DNA from: Mycolicibacter algericus DSM 45454
Lineage (GTDB): Bacteria; Actinomycetota; Actinomycetes; Mycobacteriales; Mycobacteriaceae
Direction of reading: 5' to 3'
Assembly: GCF_002086455.1 (NCBI RefSeq)
Contig: NZ_MVHC01000005.1
Span: 1-32,000, forward strand
DNA length: 32,000 nt
Shown in pieces: positions 1 to 7,170 of this stretch (positions are counted from its first letter, which is position 1; the number at the start of each line of letters is the position of its first letter). The position numbers and the translations under genes were made by a program. The notes under the pieces were generated by a model, which was not told the origin of the DNA, did not search any database, and worked only from the letters and a program-made list of their open reading frames with translations.

Positions 1-255
1 AAAAAGATCTGGTCGACCAACCCGTTGGAGCGTCTCAACCGCGAGATCAAGCGCCGAACCGACGTCGTCGGGGTCTTCCCGAATCCGGCCGCACTGCTGC
101 GGCTGGCCGGCTCGGTGCTCGTCGAAGCCCACGACGAATGGCAAGTCGCCGACAAGCGGTACCTATCCGAAGCCACCCTGGCCCTGCTCAAAACCAACGG
201 CCCCGGCAACAAACCCACCGAAAGCGTTGCCCCCACAGCGGCTCTCACGGCATAG
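1..255 (+). CDS. IS256-family transposase, C-terminal fragment (5' part lies outside the window)
   Basis: Frame 1 is open from nt 1 to the TAG at 253-255. The translation [55 protein letters not shown] is the conserved C-terminal block of IS256/IS1081/IS1245-type (mutator-like) transposases. Confidence 0.85.
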   Translation, partial: KKIWSTNPLERLNREIKRRTDVVGVFPNPAALLRLAGSVLVEAHDEWQVADKRYLSEATLALLKTNGPGNKPTESVAPTAALTA

Positions 256-325
256 TGAAAACCACAGAGCCTCACGCGGAAACGCTGGCCCTACTTACAC
301 CACCCCACGGGGCGCGACCTCCTGA
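1..325 (+). mobile_element. Right-hand end of an IS256-family insertion sequence (outer boundary not determinable)
   Basis: The transposase stop is at 255. IS256-type elements have only tens of bp between the stop codon and the terminal inverted repeat. The left IR is outside the window, so the true terminus (somewhere around 290-337) cannot be fixed. Confidence 0.45.
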
Positions 326-337
326 AATAGTGTTGAT

Positions 338-1108
338 GTGGCCGTCAACCGGATGAACCGTGAACAGTTCTTTTCAGCCATGTCTGGGCATGACGACGCG
401 GCGCTGCGCAAGGCGCTGTGGAACCTGTACTGGCGCGGCACCGCGGACGTGCGGCGGCGCATCGAAACTGAACTGGCCGGCGACATCCGCCCGGCTGCCA
501 AGTCGGAGCCGCTCGACCCGCAGACGGTGCACGACGAGGTGGTCCAGTTCGTGGAACTCGCTCGCTCGGGGGCGTATCTGGGGCGGGATCGCCGGGTGTC
601 GCCGAAGGAGCGCACCCGCTGGCGGTTCACCTTCAAGCAGCTGGCCACTGCCGCCGTGGAGGCCCTGCACGCCGGCGAGCCCACACCGGCGATCACGGCC
701 TTGACGCGGCTGATCGATCTGATTGTCGACGCCCGCGATACCTACTACTTCCGCAGCGAGGATCCGGTGTCGGCGGCCGGCTTCGTCGTCTCCGATGCCG
801 CCGCCGCGTTGTGGACCGCGACGTGGCGGCGGCACGGATTCCAGCGGTTCGCTGAAACCGCTGCGCCGCAACTGATTCGCTGGGAGTCCACACACGGCTG
901 GACTCGCTACGGTGACGGACCGATCGCCGCGAAGGAGACCACGCTCGCGGTTGTGCTGGCCGGCATGCTGACGGTCCCGGACGCTTGGGAGGGCTTCGCT
1001 GAGCAATACCGCAAGGCGCTGGGTAAACGCCGCGTCGGCAGCGGCGCACTGGCGGAGTTCGATCGGCTGATTCGGGAGAAACTCGCTGAGGGCTGGAGCG
1101 AGAGCTGA
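338..1108 (+). CDS. Hypothetical protein (256 aa from GTG 338; ATG 353 is an alternative start)
   Basis: Long ORF with strong third-position GC bias and ordinary amino-acid composition. The overlapping ORFs are Arg/Pro/Gly-rich artefacts. I recognise no motif. It lies directly next to the IS end. Confidence 0.6.
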   Translation: MAVNRMNREQFFSAMSGHDDAALRKALWNLYWRGTADVRRRIETELAGDIRPAAKSEPLDPQTVHDEVVQFVELARSGAYLGRDRRVSPKERTRWRFTFKQLATAAVEALHAGEPTPAITALTRLIDLIVDARDTYYFRSEDPVSAAGFVVSDAAAALWTATWRRHGFQRFAETAAPQLIRWESTHGWTRYGDGPIAAKETTLAVVLAGMLTVPDAWEGFAEQYRKALGKRRVGSGALAEFDRLIREKLAEGWSES

Positions 1109-1134
1109 TCCCTCCAGCCTCGGTGCCGGGCTGG
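1091..1134 (+). terminator. Possible alternative stem-loops at the 3' end of the 338..1108 gene
   Basis: GGCTGGAG (1091-1098) and CTCCAGCC (1112-1119) form an 8-bp inverted repeat spanning the TGA stop. CCAGCC (1114-1119) can alternatively pair with GGCTGG (1129-1134). No U-tract follows. Confidence 0.25.
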
Positions 1135-1313
1135 GCGGCGCGCTGGACGGGTGTTAACGCGCTGCAACCGAAGAACTACGACTACCTGCGAGGTGATGAC
1201 TATGGCGTCCAGGATCGACAAAACCATTGGATCGACCAGCTCGATACCACGGATCCATCGGTGACGGTGCGCGATGAAAGGCCCTGCCGTTCACAGCCAA
1301 CGCACCGGCGGCC

Positions 1314-1583
1314 TCACTGGTTGGCGAAAAACTCCGCCAACACATCGATGCCCGGCAGCAGCGACCGGGCGGACGGGCCGACGGCCCAGACCCTCCAATC
1401 ACTGGTATCGATCAGATCCAGCCCGGACATAATTGCGCACTGCGAATAGATCTGCCTGCGCACGTCGTCGATGGTCAGCGGGTTCCCACCTATCCGCCAG
1501 CGGTGACCGAGCAGTGGATGCACCTCGGTGGCGAGTTGGCCGACCGAAACTGCACCGCGGGCGGCCAGCAGCCCGGCGGTCAA
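1314..1583 (-). CDS. Hypothetical protein (89 aa from a TTG start; possibly frameshifted, N-terminus may reach 1642)
   Basis: About 80% third-position GC. The frame stays open upstream of the TTG without any ATG/GTG. A short ATG-initiated ORF in a neighbouring frame (ATG at 1642) runs into it; see findings. Confidence 0.45.
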   Translation of the reverse strand: MTAGLLAARGAVSVGQLATEVHPLLGHRWRIGGNPLTIDDVRRQIYSQCAIMSGLDLIDTSDWRVWAVGPSARSLLPGIDVLAEFFANQ

Positions 1584-1690
1584 CTCGATCAGCTGGGTCT
1601 CGAGGGCCCCGGCTCGAATGCCGCCCGAATCCGGCGCACCATGTTCAGATCATCGGCGGCGGCCGCGGCCAGCGACACTTCGATGCATTG

Positions 1691-1702
1691 CACTTATAAG
1701 TG
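1691..1702. promoter_or_regulatory. Perfect 12-bp palindrome CACTTATAAGTG in the divergent intergenic region
   Basis: Read directly from the sequence. It sits in a locally AT-rich patch between the minus-strand ORF (1314-1642) and the HTH gene (ATG 1749), which is a typical operator position. Confidence 0.4.
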
Positions 1703-1748
1703 AAACTGTCTATTCTGGCGGGAGCATGCAGTCGGAGGCGGGGAGAAG

Positions 1749-2213
1749 ATGGGCGTTGCACAGGAGCAGGCCTGCCGGACGAGCCTGACCATCGACGAGG
1801 CGGAGATCGCCGAAGCGCGCACCGTGTGCAGTTCGGTTGCCAAAGCGGGATCGGCCGCCACCGAGATCGAGTTTGCGGTCGGACCCGCCGGCGGGCAGTT
1901 GATGCCGATGCCGACAGCGCTTGCCGGACTCATGCGCGACATCCTTGGCGGGCTGAGTCGCGGCTCCACGATCACCATCCAACCGTTGCCACGGGAGTTG
2001 ACCACCACCACAGCTGCCAAGATGCTCGGCATCTCCAGGCCGACTCTGATGAAATTGGTCGCCGAGCAGAAGCTGCCGGCTCACAAGGTCGGCTCGCATA
2101 CCCGGCTGTCGGCCACCGATGTGCTGGCCTTCCGGAGGGACCGTCACGACGAACAGCGGCGCGCGTTCGATGAGCTGCGGAAACTGGATGAGGAGATCGG
2201 CATTGAGCCGTAG
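1749..2213 (+). CDS. Excisionase/MerR-type helix-turn-helix DNA-binding protein (154 aa)
   Basis: The C-terminal half TTTAAKMLGISRPTLMKLVAEQKLPAHKVGSHTRLSATDVLAFR is the classic excisionase-family HTH. A purine-rich RBS (ggaggcggggagaag) precedes ATG 1749. The N-terminal ~75 aa are unassigned. GC3 is high. Confidence 0.75.
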   Translation: MGVAQEQACRTSLTIDEAEIAEARTVCSSVAKAGSAATEIEFAVGPAGGQLMPMPTALAGLMRDILGGLSRGSTITIQPLPRELTTTTAAKMLGISRPTLMKLVAEQKLPAHKVGSHTRLSATDVLAFRRDRHDEQRRAFDELRKLDEEIGIEP

Positions 2214-2227
2214 CGTCCCACCGATGG

Positions 2228-5200
2228 ATGTCTGCCCCATCGGCTACCCTGCCGGCCATGGACCCCGGCGTCTACGAATCCCTACTCACCGAGCACCTGC
2301 ACGCCCAGCTGGCCCGTCACGCCGACCTGCGCCCCGACTTCGCTACGGTCGATGACGCCGAGCAGGCGCTGACGATCACCCGCTACTTGGCGCCGATCAT
2401 CGAGCGGTCGTTGCGCTCGGCCCGCACCGTCGAAGACCGCGTCGACTTGACCCATCGCATCCTGGAGCTGCTACCGGATACCGTCACCGACGGCGCCGCC
2501 CTGCGCACGGACGACCCTGGCAAGATCACCCGCCTCGACGAGGTGCGTCGCGCTAAGGCCCTGGCCGACAACAGACTCCCTCGCCCGGCCACCCCGTTCT
2601 CGGATGCCGCGCTGATGACCAATGGCCGTGGTGAGCCGACCTTGGCGGCCGAATTGCGCGCCGAGCTGGCCAGCGCGGATCGGGTGGATCTGCTGTGCGC
2701 GTTCGTCAAATGGCAGGGCCTGCGGCTGTTCGAAAAGGAACTCACCGAGCTGCGTGAACGCGACATTCCGTTGCGGGTCATCACCACCACCTACCTCGGC
2801 GCCACCGACGCTCGTGCGCTGGATGCCCTGGTGAACGAGTTCGGCGCCGAGGTGCGGGTCAACTACGACACCACCATCACCCGCCTGCACGCCAAGGCGT
2901 GGCTGCTGCGCCGCAACACCGGCTATCACACCGCCTACGTCGGCTCCAGCAACCTGTCGCACGCCGCCCTGGTCGACGGCTTGGAATGGAACGTGCGGCT
3001 GTCGGCGATCGGCACGCCACACCTGCTGGAGAAATTCCGGGCGACGTTCGATTCCTACTGGGAAAACCGTGATTTCGAGCCGTACCGTCCCGACCAGGAC
3101 GGTGAACGGCTCCGCCAAGCCCTGCAGAACGCATCCGGGCAGCGCAAACGTGACTCACTGGCCGTCACTTTGTCCGGTCTGGAAGTACGCCCCAAACCGT
3201 TTCAAGCCGAGATGCTGGAACAACTCGACGCCGAACGCACCTTGCACGATCGGCACCGCAACCTGATCGTCGCCGCCACCGGCACCGGCAAGACCGTGAT
3301 GGCCGCCCTGGACTACCGCCGGCTGGCCCGCGAGGTCCACGGCCGCGACCTCACCTTGTTGTTTGTCGCGCACCGCAAGGAGATCCTCGGCCAAGCCCAA
3401 CGCATGTACCGGGAGGCCCTCACCGACGCCACCTTCGGTGAACTGCTCGTCGACGGCCAACAGCCGACCAAGTGGCGACACGTGTTCGCCAGCATCCAAT
3501 CGCTGTCGGCGAACCGGCGGGCCGACATCGCCCCCGACCACTTCGACGTCGTCGTAGTCGACGAGTTCCACCACGCCGAAGCCGCCTCCTATCGTCGACT
3601 GCTCGGCCATGTACAACCGATTGAGTTGCTTGGGCTCACCGCCACCCCCGAACGCGCCGACGGTATCGACGTGCGGGCGTTCTTCGAGGGCCGCATCGCC
3701 GCCGAACTACGGCTCTGGGAAGCCCTGGAACAAAACCTGCTGTGTCCGTTCCACTATTTCGGCATCCACGACGACACCGACCTCGAAGCGGTGCAGTGGA
3801 AGCGTGGCGGGTACGACCTGGCTGCCCTCAGCGGGATCTACACCGGAAACGACGCCCGCACCCGCATCGTGCTCAAACAACTGCGCGACAAAGTCGGTGA
3901 CGTTGCGGCCATGCGCGCGTTGGGATTCTGCGTCAGCGTCGACCACGCCCGCTACATGGCCGACAGCTTCAACGACGCGGGCATTCCTGCGCTGGCGGTC
4001 TCAGCCGAGACGCCCGCCGACGAGCGTCGCTCCGCCCTTGCGGCGCTGCGCAACCGCGGCATCAACATCATTTTTGCCGTCGACCTGTTCAATGAGGGCC
4101 TGGATATTCCCGAGGTCGACACCGTGCTGTTCTTGCGGCCCACTGAAAGTGCCACCGTCTTTCTGCAGCAGCTTGGACGCGGGCTGCGACTCACCCATGG
4201 CAAGACCGTGCTGACGGCACTGGACTTCGTCGGCCATCAGCGCCGCGAGTTCCGCTTCGACCAACGCTTCCGGGCGCTGACCGGAACCGGCGGCAAAGCA
4301 CTGCAGCGCCAAGTGGAGCAGGGCTTTCCGTTCCTGCCGTCGGGCAGTCAGATCGTGCTCGACCGCGTCGCGCAGAAACTGGTGCTCGACAACATCAAAC
4401 AGCAAGTGGCGCCCCGCTGGGCGGCACTGGTCTCCGAAGTGCGAGCCCACCCCGGTGACCGGCTGGCCGGTTACCTTGGCGCTTACGGCCGCGAGCTTGC
4501 CGACATCCTGAAGAACAACCGGTCCTGGACCACACTGTGTCGCGAGACCGGCAAACAGGCCGCTGCTCCCGGCCCCCGCGAAACCGATCTGGTCAAACGC
4601 GTCCGCGCCCTGGCCCACGTCGACGACCGGCTGCGCTGGCAGACGTACCGGGCCATCCTCGACGGGCGCGTCGACCTGGCCAGCCCGGCCGAACATCGGC
4701 TGGCCGCGATGCTGTTCTATTCGCTGTTCCCCAACGGCGGCGGATTCCCCGATGTTGCAGCTGGACTCGACGCCTTGGGGGGCGAGCCCGTGACCGACGA
4801 GATGCGCCAGGTGATCGATATCGCCTTCGACGCCGCCCGCCGCAGCACCTACGATTTGGGCCGCTTCGTCCCGTCCTTGGCGGCGGTCCCACTGCAGGTG
4901 CACGCCACCTACTCGCGTGAAGAGATCCTCGCTGCGCTGGACTACGCCGCCCAGAACCGCACTCCGAGCACCATGCGCGAAGGAGTCGTGTGGCGCCCCG
5001 ACCTCAACACCGACGCATTCCTGATCACGCTGAAGAAATCCGAGACCGACTACTCACCGACCACCATGTACCGCGACTTCGCGCTCAGCGACCGGCTGTT
5101 CCACTGGGAGTCGCAATCTACCACTTCGGAGAACTCGCCAACCGGGCAGCGCTACATCCACCACCGCGAAAACGGCTCGCACATCCTGCTGTTCGTGCGC

Positions 5201-5359
5201 GCCGCCAAAACCAATGCACTCGGTGCCGCGCCGTATGTGTTTCTGGGCCCGGCCGACTACGTCTCGCATGAGGGCGAGAAGCCGATGGCGATCACCTGGC
5301 GACTGCACCAGCCGATGCCGGCGGAGGTATTCCAGGCCTCGAGTGTGGCGGTGGCGTAG
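2228..5359 (+). CDS. PLD-family nuclease / SF2 DExH helicase / DUF3427 fusion protein (1043 aa; ATG 2258 is an alternative start)
   Basis: HKD motif RLHAKAWLL..AYVGSSNLS starts at nt 2888. Walker A AATGTGKT lies at 3275-3295 and DEFHH at 3560-3574. The helicase C-domain includes LFLRPTESATVFLQQLGRGLR. The C-terminal ~150 aa (about 4886-5335; ..YRDFALSDRLFHWESQSTT..GQRYIHH..ILLFVR..YVFLGPADYVSHEGEKPMAITWRL) match my memory of the DUF3427 domain. Confidence 0.88.
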   Translation: MSAPSATLPAMDPGVYESLLTEHLHAQLARHADLRPDFATVDDAEQALTITRYLAPIIERSLRSARTVEDRVDLTHRILELLPDTVTDGAALRTDDPGKITRLDEVRRAKALADNRLPRPATPFSDAALMTNGRGEPTLAAELRAELASADRVDLLCAFVKWQGLRLFEKELTELRERDIPLRVITTTYLGATDARALDALVNEFGAEVRVNYDTTITRLHAKAWLLRRNTGYHTAYVGSSNLSHAALVDGLEWNVRLSAIGTPHLLEKFRATFDSYWENRDFEPYRPDQDGERLRQALQNASGQRKRDSLAVTLSGLEVRPKPFQAEMLEQLDAERTLHDRHRNLIVAATGTGKTVMAALDYRRLAREVHGRDLTLLFVAHRKEILGQAQRMYREALTDATFGELLVDGQQPTKWRHVFASIQSLSANRRADIAPDHFDVVVVDEFHHAEAASYRRLLGHVQPIELLGLTATPERADGIDVRAFFEGRIAAELRLWEALEQNLLCPFHYFGIHDDTDLEAVQWKRGGYDLAALSGIYTGNDARTRIVLKQLRDKVGDVAAMRALGFCVSVDHARYMADSFNDAGIPALAVSAETPADERRSALAALRNRGINIIFAVDLFNEGLDIPEVDTVLFLRPTESATVFLQQLGRGLRLTHGKTVLTALDFVGHQRREFRFDQRFRALTGTGGKALQRQVEQGFPFLPSGSQIVLDRVAQKLVLDNIKQQVAPRWAALVSEVRAHPGDRLAGYLGAYGRELADILKNNRSWTTLCRETGKQAAAPGPRETDLVKRVRALAHVDDRLRWQTYRAILDGRVDLASPAEHRLAAMLFYSLFPNGGGFPDVAAGLDALGGEPVTDEMRQVIDIAFDAARRSTYDLGRFVPSLAAVPLQVHATYSREEILAALDYAAQNRTPSTMREGVVWRPDLNTDAFLITLKKSETDYSPTTMYRDFALSDRLFHWESQSTTSENSPTGQRYIHHRENGSHILLFVRAAKTNALGAAPYVFLGPADYVSHEGEKPMAITWRLHQPMPAEVFQASSVAVA

Positions 5360-5382
5360 TGGGAAGGGGTCAGCCCTTCCCA
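5360..5382. terminator. Hairpin between convergent genes
   Basis: TGGGAAGG-ggtcagc-CCTTCCCA forms a perfect 8-bp stem with a 7-nt loop. It starts 1 nt after the helicase stop codon and overlaps the stop of the minus-strand mini-HTH remnant. Confidence 0.4.
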
Positions 5383-5514
5383 AACCGCTGGTAGGCAGCC
5401 TGGCGGCTGGTGCCGAGCGCAGCGCCGATCGCGTCCCACGTGTCGCCGGCTGCCCGGGCAGCCGGCGACGGCAGCGCGCAGGCCGGCATCGGCGGTGTCT
5501 ACTGCTTCGACCAT
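5370..5514 (-). pseudogene. Remnant or frameshifted mini helix-turn-helix gene
   Basis: The minus-strand frame ending at TGA (5370-5372) reads ..[30 protein letters not shown], a typical actinobacterial HTH C-terminus. It is only 39 codons from its sole ATG (5489). The adjacent frame (ATG 5514) reads [18 protein letters not shown].. and would join it with a 1-nt shift near 5460. Confidence 0.3.
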
Positions 5515-5624
5515 CGTGATGAGTCCTCCACGGTCTGCTCATCTTTCACTTTCGCCATGGTGATCTGGCGGAGATTCCCAGCGGGGCGCCGGTGATCTTC
5601 ATCGTGGACTCCAGCGGAGCAGAT

Positions 5625-6641
5625 TCAGGCCCATCGCTGCGCGATCGCTTGCATCGACGGGTCCACGCCGCCGTAGCTGACGAGCCGGACATCCAGACCG
5701 GCCCGCTCCACAATCCGCAGGGCCCGCTCGATGGCGGCGTCGATCCATTCAGCGGCGTTAGCGAATGCACCGCCCCCGACTCGTGTGAGTAGCACCGTGC
5801 TCGAGCCGCCCGCGGTGGCCTGCTCGGCCGCGGACAGCAGCGTTGCCTCGTAGGCGGCCTCCAGCACCAGCTGGGCGAACGGCCCCCACTGCGCGCTCGG
5901 GATGCGGCTGTAGGCCACCGGCAGCGCCGAGCAGTAGGCCTGTGAGACCGAGCGACGGGGATCGCCTGTCGCATCGGTGACTTCAACGTTGCGGTGCAGT
6001 CCGATCGCCAACTCGCCGCGCAAAGCATCGCGCTGATCAGCGCCGGCCTGATCCAGCAGAGCAGCGATGGCGCGCAGGCCCTCGACGGTGCACAGCGCGT
6101 AGCCGTTGCGCATCTCCCACAGCTCGGTCACCGGCCGCGACAGCAACTCGGACAGTGCGACGCCGACATCAGCCAGCGTGTCGAGCTGCCGGTCCCGCGC
6201 CTGGCCGATCTCGTCGCCGATTGGCACCAGATAGTTGCGGTAGATGGTGCCGGCGCCGGCGGCGACCGCACACGCCGGGCCCTGGGTGGGATCGTCGAGG
6301 TACCGCGTCACGCCCTGCTCGGGGGTGACATGCTGGGAAACCATCTCTAGCAGATTGAACTGCGAGGCAACCTGAAACAGTGCGTCGGCAAATTCCGGAT
6401 CCGCGTGCAGCGCGCGGGAATCACCGACCAGGCAGCGGACGGTGTTGCGACCGGCGTCACCCATTCTTACCCGCTCTCGTAGGTCGGCCAACGTCGGTAG
6501 CGACAGCTCGCCGATGCCATACCGTTTGCCGTTGACGGAGGAGACGAGCTCGTCACCGTCGACGGACAGTCGGGCCTGGGTGGACTCGTAATCGCCTTCG
6601 GCGAAACCGGTCAGGCTCGCAAACCAGTCACGGGAGGTCAT
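5625..6641 (-). CDS. Hypothetical protein, possibly a divergent PARG-like/macrodomain-fold protein (338 aa; the longer ORF reaches 6695)
   Basis: Clean high-GC3 ORF. I favour ATG 6641 (MTSRDWF..) with GAGG upstream. FQVASQFN..TQGPACAVAAGAGTIY (from about 6377 downward) and LLTRVGGGAFAN (5757-5786) resemble the ..FASxxN..QEExxC..LY and ..GCGxFGN blocks of bacterial PARG/DUF2263 macrodomain proteins, but the GGG-QEE catalytic signature is absent. The CDS is well supported; the functional guess deserves about 0.3. Confidence 0.75.
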   Translation of the reverse strand: MTSRDWFASLTGFAEGDYESTQARLSVDGDELVSSVNGKRYGIGELSLPTLADLRERVRMGDAGRNTVRCLVGDSRALHADPEFADALFQVASQFNLLEMVSQHVTPEQGVTRYLDDPTQGPACAVAAGAGTIYRNYLVPIGDEIGQARDRQLDTLADVGVALSELLSRPVTELWEMRNGYALCTVEGLRAIAALLDQAGADQRDALRGELAIGLHRNVEVTDATGDPRRSVSQAYCSALPVAYSRIPSAQWGPFAQLVLEAAYEATLLSAAEQATAGGSSTVLLTRVGGGAFANAAEWIDAAIERALRIVERAGLDVRLVSYGGVDPSMQAIAQRWA

Positions 6642-7170
6642 CTTCAAATATTCGCACCTCGCAACTGATTCGGTATCCGCCTTCGACCGCGCCACGTCGG
6701 CCGACCAGTGTGGCAGTCGCTTGGCCGTGCGGTACTGCGGTAACGGTCCCGGCCAGCTCCTCGATGAGCAGCTGGCCAGCGCCGTCGTCGACGACGAACT
6801 GTCACTGGCCGCGGCCGACGAGAACGCCGGTCATCGGCGGCTTCGGCGCTTTCATAGCCGAGCAACGCGGAGGCGAGGGCCGCTGCACCGCGACGTTGGC
6901 CCAGTTCGACATCGAATACGAGGTCGCCTACCGCGGTATCGACCTCGAGCAGGTGCCGCCGCTGACGCTGCAGCCGCGTGGTAGCACCGACACCGGCACT
7001 GAAATCCCTACATGCCGCTGAGCGTGGCGAGGCAGATGTGGCGGGCCGGGGCCAGGTATTCCCGCGACTCCGCCTCCTAACACGACATAACGTGCGTTGT
7101 CGCGCGAAGCCGGGCAACAACGACATATGTCCGACGCCCGGTGTCACACCCCACTCGTAGCGTGCCTGTC

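Noticed and set aside
1123-1449. 108-aa plus-strand ORF in the lower-GC gap after the 338..1108 gene, including a GGATCGAC direct repeat (1212-1219, 1229-1236)
   Set aside because: It overlaps the better-supported minus-strand ORF for 135 nt and has only moderate GC3, no RBS and no motif. The 8-bp repeat is too short to be meaningful on its own.
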